Of a DNA stretch of 61,378 nucleotides, positions 57,427 through 61,378 are shown piece after piece. Under the pieces are notes generated by a model. The model had not been told where the DNA came from and made no database searches. It worked only from the letters and a program-made list of their open reading frames with translations. The translations under genes were made by a program, and so were the position numbers. Location: positions 1-61,378 of the forward strand of contig CALBUI010000075.1 in assembly GCA_937968125.1 (NCBI GenBank). The letters are read 5' to 3'. The stretch's first letter is position 1, and each line of letters starts with the position of its first letter. This DNA comes from an uncultured Anaerolineales bacterium. Its GTDB lineage: Bacteria > Chloroflexota > Anaerolineae > Anaerolineales > UBA4823.

Positions 57427-58650
57427 TTACTCTTTCAGGATCTCTATTACTCCTTGCTCCAGGAGCTGTTCAACCTCACTCTCATCGTATTCGAGCAGAT
57501 CCTGAAGAATGGGGCGGGTGTGCTCTCCTAGTTTCGGGGCAGGTGTGGTAGGAATTTCTGGGGCAGATGACAGGTGAAGTGGACTACGGGCATACTTGCG
57601 TGGTCCGGCGATGGGGTCATCTACCGTGACCAGCATTTCTCGGGCTGCGATGTGTGGATTCTCAAAAACATCCTCAGCGGTATAGACCGGACCGGAAGGC
57701 ACCCCTTCCTGCTCCAAGAGGTCCACAGCCTGTACCCGGGTTTTGTCAGCCAGCCAATTCTCGATGATCGGGCGGATGAAATCAGCATTGGTTCCCCGCG
57801 CCGTGCCATCAATAGTGCGCGAGTCGTTCTGCAAGTCCTCCCGTCCGATGGCTATGCAGAGACGTCTCCATTGGATATCATCAGGTACATTGAGTGCCAG
57901 GTAGCCATCCAGACAGCGAAACGCACCCCTGGGATAAATGTGTTTCATCAACCCACGTTCAGGCGATTCTCCTGTGAAAGAATATTGGACTACCATGCGT
58001 TCATTGAGCGCCAGCATATTATCGAGCATGGCACTGTCTACAAACTGTCCTTCTCCGGTTTGCTCCCGCATGAAGAGGGCCAGCATTACCCCATAAGCTG
58101 TGACCATTCCGGTATAGATGTCAGCCATACCATAAATAGTCCACGATGGTGGCTTGTCAGAAAAGCCAACCAGGTTCATCACGCCACTCATTGCCTCGGC
58201 CACAATGTCAAACGCCGGACGCTGAGCATAGGGACCGGTGTGACCTTCCAACCGACCAAAGCCTGAGATGGCGGCGTAAACCAGCCGGGGATTAATTTTG
58301 CTTAAGTGCTTATATCCCAGTTCCATCTTGTCGATAGCACCAGGCCGGAGGTTCTCGACCACCACGTCTGATACACGAACTAATTTTTGTAGAATCTGGC
58401 GACCTGCCTCCTCTCGCAAATTGAGAGCCAAGCTCTTTTTGTTGCGATTGTAGCCGATGAAACCCCCAGCCACACGCTGACCTTCATCGTCGACCGCATA
58501 GGGCGGAATGGAACGGCGGGGATCACCCCGACCGGGCCTTTCGATCTTGATCACTTCTGCGCCAGCGTCAGCCAGCAGCAGAGTGCAATAGGGCGCGCTC
58601 ATGTACTGTTCCAGAGCAATGATCCGTGTTCCGGTTAAAGGACGAAGCAT
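57427..58650 (-). CDS. CaiB/BaiF family (class III) CoA-transferase
   Basis: GTRIIALEQYMSAPYCTLLLADAGAEVIKIERPGRGD and a catalytic Asp region. Confidence 0.85.
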   Translation of the reverse strand: MLRPLTGTRIIALEQYMSAPYCTLLLADAGAEVIKIERPGRGDPRRSIPPYAVDDEGQRVAGGFIGYNRNKKSLALNLREEAGRQILQKLVRVSDVVVENLRPGAIDKMELGYKHLSKINPRLVYAAISGFGRLEGHTGPYAQRPAFDIVAEAMSGVMNLVGFSDKPPSWTIYGMADIYTGMVTAYGVMLALFMREQTGEGQFVDSAMLDNMLALNERMVVQYSFTGESPERGLMKHIYPRGAFRCLDGYLALNVPDDIQWRRLCIAIGREDLQNDSRTIDGTARGTNADFIRPIIENWLADKTRVQAVDLLEQEGVPSGPVYTAEDVFENPHIAAREMLVTVDDPIAGPRKYARSPLHLSSAPEIPTTPAPKLGEHTRPILQDLLEYDESEVEQLLEQGVIEILKE

Positions 58651-58678
58651 AAACCTACCCTCCCATCTCCATATTTAC

Positions 58679-59926
58679 CTAGTCCAACCACTCAACAATT
58701 GTCGAGACCCCCATACCCACACCCACACACAAAGTGGCAAGACCATAGAATGGGCGTTTTTCATCGGGCGCACGACGCTTCATCTCATGTAAGAGGGTAG
58801 TGAGGATTCGCGCACCGGAACACCCTGTTGGATGCCCCAAAGCGATAGCGCCGCCGTTCACGTTAGTGATTTTGTGATCCATGTCCAGTCTGTGCATCAC
58901 CCCCAATGCTTGGGCGGCAAATGCCTCATTCAATTCGATAAGGCGAATATCATCCAAAGTTAGCTCCAATCGCTTGAGAAGCTTCTGAGTGGCTGGCACA
59001 GGACCATAGCCCATCACACCGGGGTCAACACCCCCTACAGCCGATCCCAGCCAGCGTGCCATTGGTTTAAGCTCTAATTCCTGGGCTTTGTCACTGCTCA
59101 TCAACAACAGTGCTGCGGCGCCGTCGTTAATACCGCTGGAATTGCCAGCTGTCACCGTTCCTCCTCGGCGGAAGGCAGGCTTTAATCGTCCCAAACCCTC
59201 CATGCTGGTATCTAGCACATATTCGCCATCCACGATCTTATAGCGTGGGTGTTCGTCAGTATCTACGATCTTCGGTGGGCCTTTACGCTGGGGGACTTCG
59301 ATCGGCACAATTTCAGCTTTAAATTTACCATCTCTAATGGCTTCCATCGCCCGGCGGTGACTTTCGACGGAAAAGGCATCCTGTTCTTCACGGGTGATTC
59401 CAATATCATCAGCGATATTACAAGCCGTCTCTCCCAGGCTGATGATCGGATATAGGGCTTCCATTTTGGGGTTGTTGTATCGCCAACCGACGGTTGTATC
59501 CCAGATTTTGGGATGCCCAACAGGCTGTGGTCGCTCTGGTTTGGGCATAGACCATGGGGCTCGACTCATACACTCCACACCGGCACCGATGAAGATTTCA
59601 GCCTCGCCTGCAATTATGGACTTGGCTGCCAGGTTTACAGCCTCTAAACCAGAGGAACAATTTCGATTGACGGTGATGCCACTTACCTCGACCGGAAAAC
59701 CGGCTAGCAAGGCTGACATCCGGGCTACATCACGGTTATCCTCGCCGGCCTGATTGCCACAACCAGCATAAACATCTTCGATGAGCGCCGGGTCGATTCC
59801 GACGCGGTCTACTAATGCCCGTAGCACGTCAGCAAGTAAATCGTCAGGCCTTACACTCGACAGTGCGCCATTATGCTTACCTATCGGAGACCTGACACCC
59901 TCAACGATGACCACTTCTTCACGCAT
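58679..59926 (-). CDS. Acetyl-CoA C-acyltransferase (thiolase)
   Basis: [12 protein letters not shown], active-site Cys in [21 protein letters not shown], and C-terminal [19 protein letters not shown]. Confidence 0.9.
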   Translation of the reverse strand: MREEVVIVEGVRSPIGKHNGALSSVRPDDLLADVLRALVDRVGIDPALIEDVYAGCGNQAGEDNRDVARMSALLAGFPVEVSGITVNRNCSSGLEAVNLAAKSIIAGEAEIFIGAGVECMSRAPWSMPKPERPQPVGHPKIWDTTVGWRYNNPKMEALYPIISLGETACNIADDIGITREEQDAFSVESHRRAMEAIRDGKFKAEIVPIEVPQRKGPPKIVDTDEHPRYKIVDGEYVLDTSMEGLGRLKPAFRRGGTVTAGNSSGINDGAAALLLMSSDKAQELELKPMARWLGSAVGGVDPGVMGYGPVPATQKLLKRLELTLDDIRLIELNEAFAAQALGVMHRLDMDHKITNVNGGAIALGHPTGCSGARILTTLLHEMKRRAPDEKRPFYGLATLCVGVGMGVSTIVEWLD

Positions 59927-60294
59927 AAGAACTCCTCCTGCCTTTCAGTCCCGCTCGTATTTGATTAATTTCAGCCATGAGCTACAAATAAGAATGCCTC
60001 CATTGACGTTGCTCAACTCCAAATTGATCGACATCGACTAACAGTACCCCGATGTCACCTAACAGTATTTAACAAGATCGCCCTTCAAAATCCGGTTTGT
60101 TTGTAATCATCGAAAAATGGAGCTAACAGATTCTAGCACTTGTCTGATCCATGGTCAATATACTGCAGCAGGGGTAGGGATGCTTAGCAATTAACACCTG
60201 TAGGGGTCAGCTCAACAGAGGTGGACTGCCCTTTCGTTAAATTCATGAAGTCCTTTATTTGCTATCTTGATAAATTGTGGGCTAATATGCGCCT

Positions 60295-60525
60295 CTATTT
60301 ACCGCTTCCAATGTTATTCAAAAATAGATTCGATACATACCTAAATGAATTTGGATCCAACCACATAAATGGACGTTCGACATAGTAATTGATATCTTCT
60401 TTATATGCCTGAGAGGCGTGCAGATTATCTGGAAACAGGATCAATGTCTCACCTTCCCCATTTATCTCATAGTGAACCGATAATCTTTCAATCTTAACAA
60501 CAGGCATTATTTGCTCCAAGTACAT
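60295..60525 (-). pseudogene. N-terminal fragment of an alpha/beta-hydrolase-fold gene
   Basis: VKIERLSVHYEINGEGETLILFPD resembles the first strands of alpha/beta hydrolases. The ORF ends after 76 aa, before any nucleophile elbow. Confidence 0.4.
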
Positions 60526-60527
60526 TT

Positions 60528-60827
60528 TTATTTATTATTCTCCCCACCTTCATTTTCGAAAATCTGCGCAGTTTTCTCCACATCTTCTCGAATTTGCTTC
60601 TCTTTGCGCTCCGTATTCCAGCGCTTGACTTTCTTCTCATTGGCGCGGGCATCTTCTTTGGTCTCGAATTCCCCAACCCAAACCAGTTCCACCGGGCGGC
60701 GTGATTTTGTGTAAGATCTCGGAATCGCTCCTGACTGGTGCTGCTTATACCTGCGCAGCAGATCCCCTGTATAGCCAGTGTAATAAGTGTCGTCCGAACA
60801 TCTCAGAATGTAGACAAAATATGCCAT
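60528..60827 (-). CDS. GIY-YIG nuclease superfamily protein (YhbQ/UPF0213-like)
   Basis: FVYILRCSDDTYYTGYTGDLLRRYKQHQSG ... PVELVWVGEFETKEDARANEKKVKRW. Confidence 0.8.
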   Translation of the reverse strand: MAYFVYILRCSDDTYYTGYTGDLLRRYKQHQSGAIPRSYTKSRRPVELVWVGEFETKEDARANEKKVKRWNTERKEKQIREDVEKTAQIFENEGGENNK

Positions 60828-60846
60828 AATATTTTTTGCTACATTA

Positions 60847-61378
60847 CGGCCGTAACTGCCCAGAACAGCATCCAGGTCGATGAGGTTCAGTTCTTATCGC
60901 CAGATTTCGTTTCAGCACAACTCGAATCCGTCTTGTCTGATTATGGTGCGCATGCAGTAAAAACTGGCTTCATAGGAAGCGCCGAGTTGATCAACGTCAT
61001 TTCCCAAAAACTCCAAACCTTCAAACCATCGTTCTTGGTTGTGGATCCCGTGTTGGTCAACCAGTACGGAACCGCCATGTTCTCCCGACAAGTGACAGAT
61101 GCCTACCGCAAACATATGCTGCCCCTGGCCAACCTGATCACACCAAATTGGCATGAGGCCGCCCTTTTGTCCGATCTCCCCCTCAAACACATCCAGCAGC
61201 ATGGACTAACAACGGCCGTAGCGCGACTTCACGCCTTAGGTACAATCAACGTGCTAATCACGGGTGCGAGTGATAATGAACAAATGATCGATTACTACTC
61301 TGATGGCAGCCAACTTTTTCAACTTCCTACCCCGAAGATAGAAACCAACAACCGCCATGGCAGTGGTGACACGCTGTC
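60847..61378 (+). CDS. thiD: Hydroxymethylpyrimidine/phosphomethylpyrimidine kinase, partial: lacks the N-terminal about 35-40 aa and any start codon, and runs off the window
   Basis: Absent from the ORF track. Translation gives TAVTAQNSIQVDEVQFLSPDFVSAQLESVLSDYGAHAVKTGFIGSAELINVI...VVDPVLV...LITPNWHEAALL...NRHGSGDTL, matching ThiD from the TAxTAQN motif onward. The GSDxSGGAG start region is absent. Confidence 0.7.

Noticed and set aside
59927-60294. I searched for the missing thiD N-terminus or the rest of the alpha/beta hydrolase in all frames.
   Set aside because: All six frames are broken by frequent stops. Only vague similarities appear (for example SDP in one frame), which is not enough to call.

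Overview
This 61.4-kb window looks like chromosomal DNA from a moderately GC-rich bacterium. Gene content suggests Chloroflexota/Anaerolineae-like, but that is inference only: many DinB, VOC and F420-type enzymes, lipoproteins with Pro/Thr-rich linkers, and Cheo-type LexA boxes. I found about 65 protein genes and no rRNA, tRNA, CRISPR array, integrase or transposase. Housekeeping genes are lipB, rlmD-like, holA, radA, clpC, rpsA and a partial thiD. The left 18 kb is a single-strand run of small detoxification-type enzymes. The right side holds a catabolic island: an IclR regulator, a Liv-type ABC importer, a 4-gene Na+-translocating acyl-CoA decarboxylase, and aminotransferase, CoA-transferase and thiolase genes. 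The strongest finding is at 258-1838 (-). Three ORFs from the track are in one frame and are separated only by two TGA codons. These fall on the two catalytic-cysteine positions of a MerB-like (alkylmercury lyase family) domain. Each TGA is followed by a SECIS-like hairpin with a GU-containing loop, and the domain is fused to an AAA+ ATPase. This makes it a candidate double-selenocysteine protein. Other leads are: a promoter carrying two LexA boxes in front of a catalytically degenerate FtsK-like gene; an A_AAA_AAG/A10 slippery site at the BchI-like/VWA junction; a 1.1-kb non-coding region with a DnaA-box cluster (candidate oriC); and an S1 protein with a 102-bp tandem-repeat acidic tail. All family calls come from motif recognition by eye. 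No searches were run.
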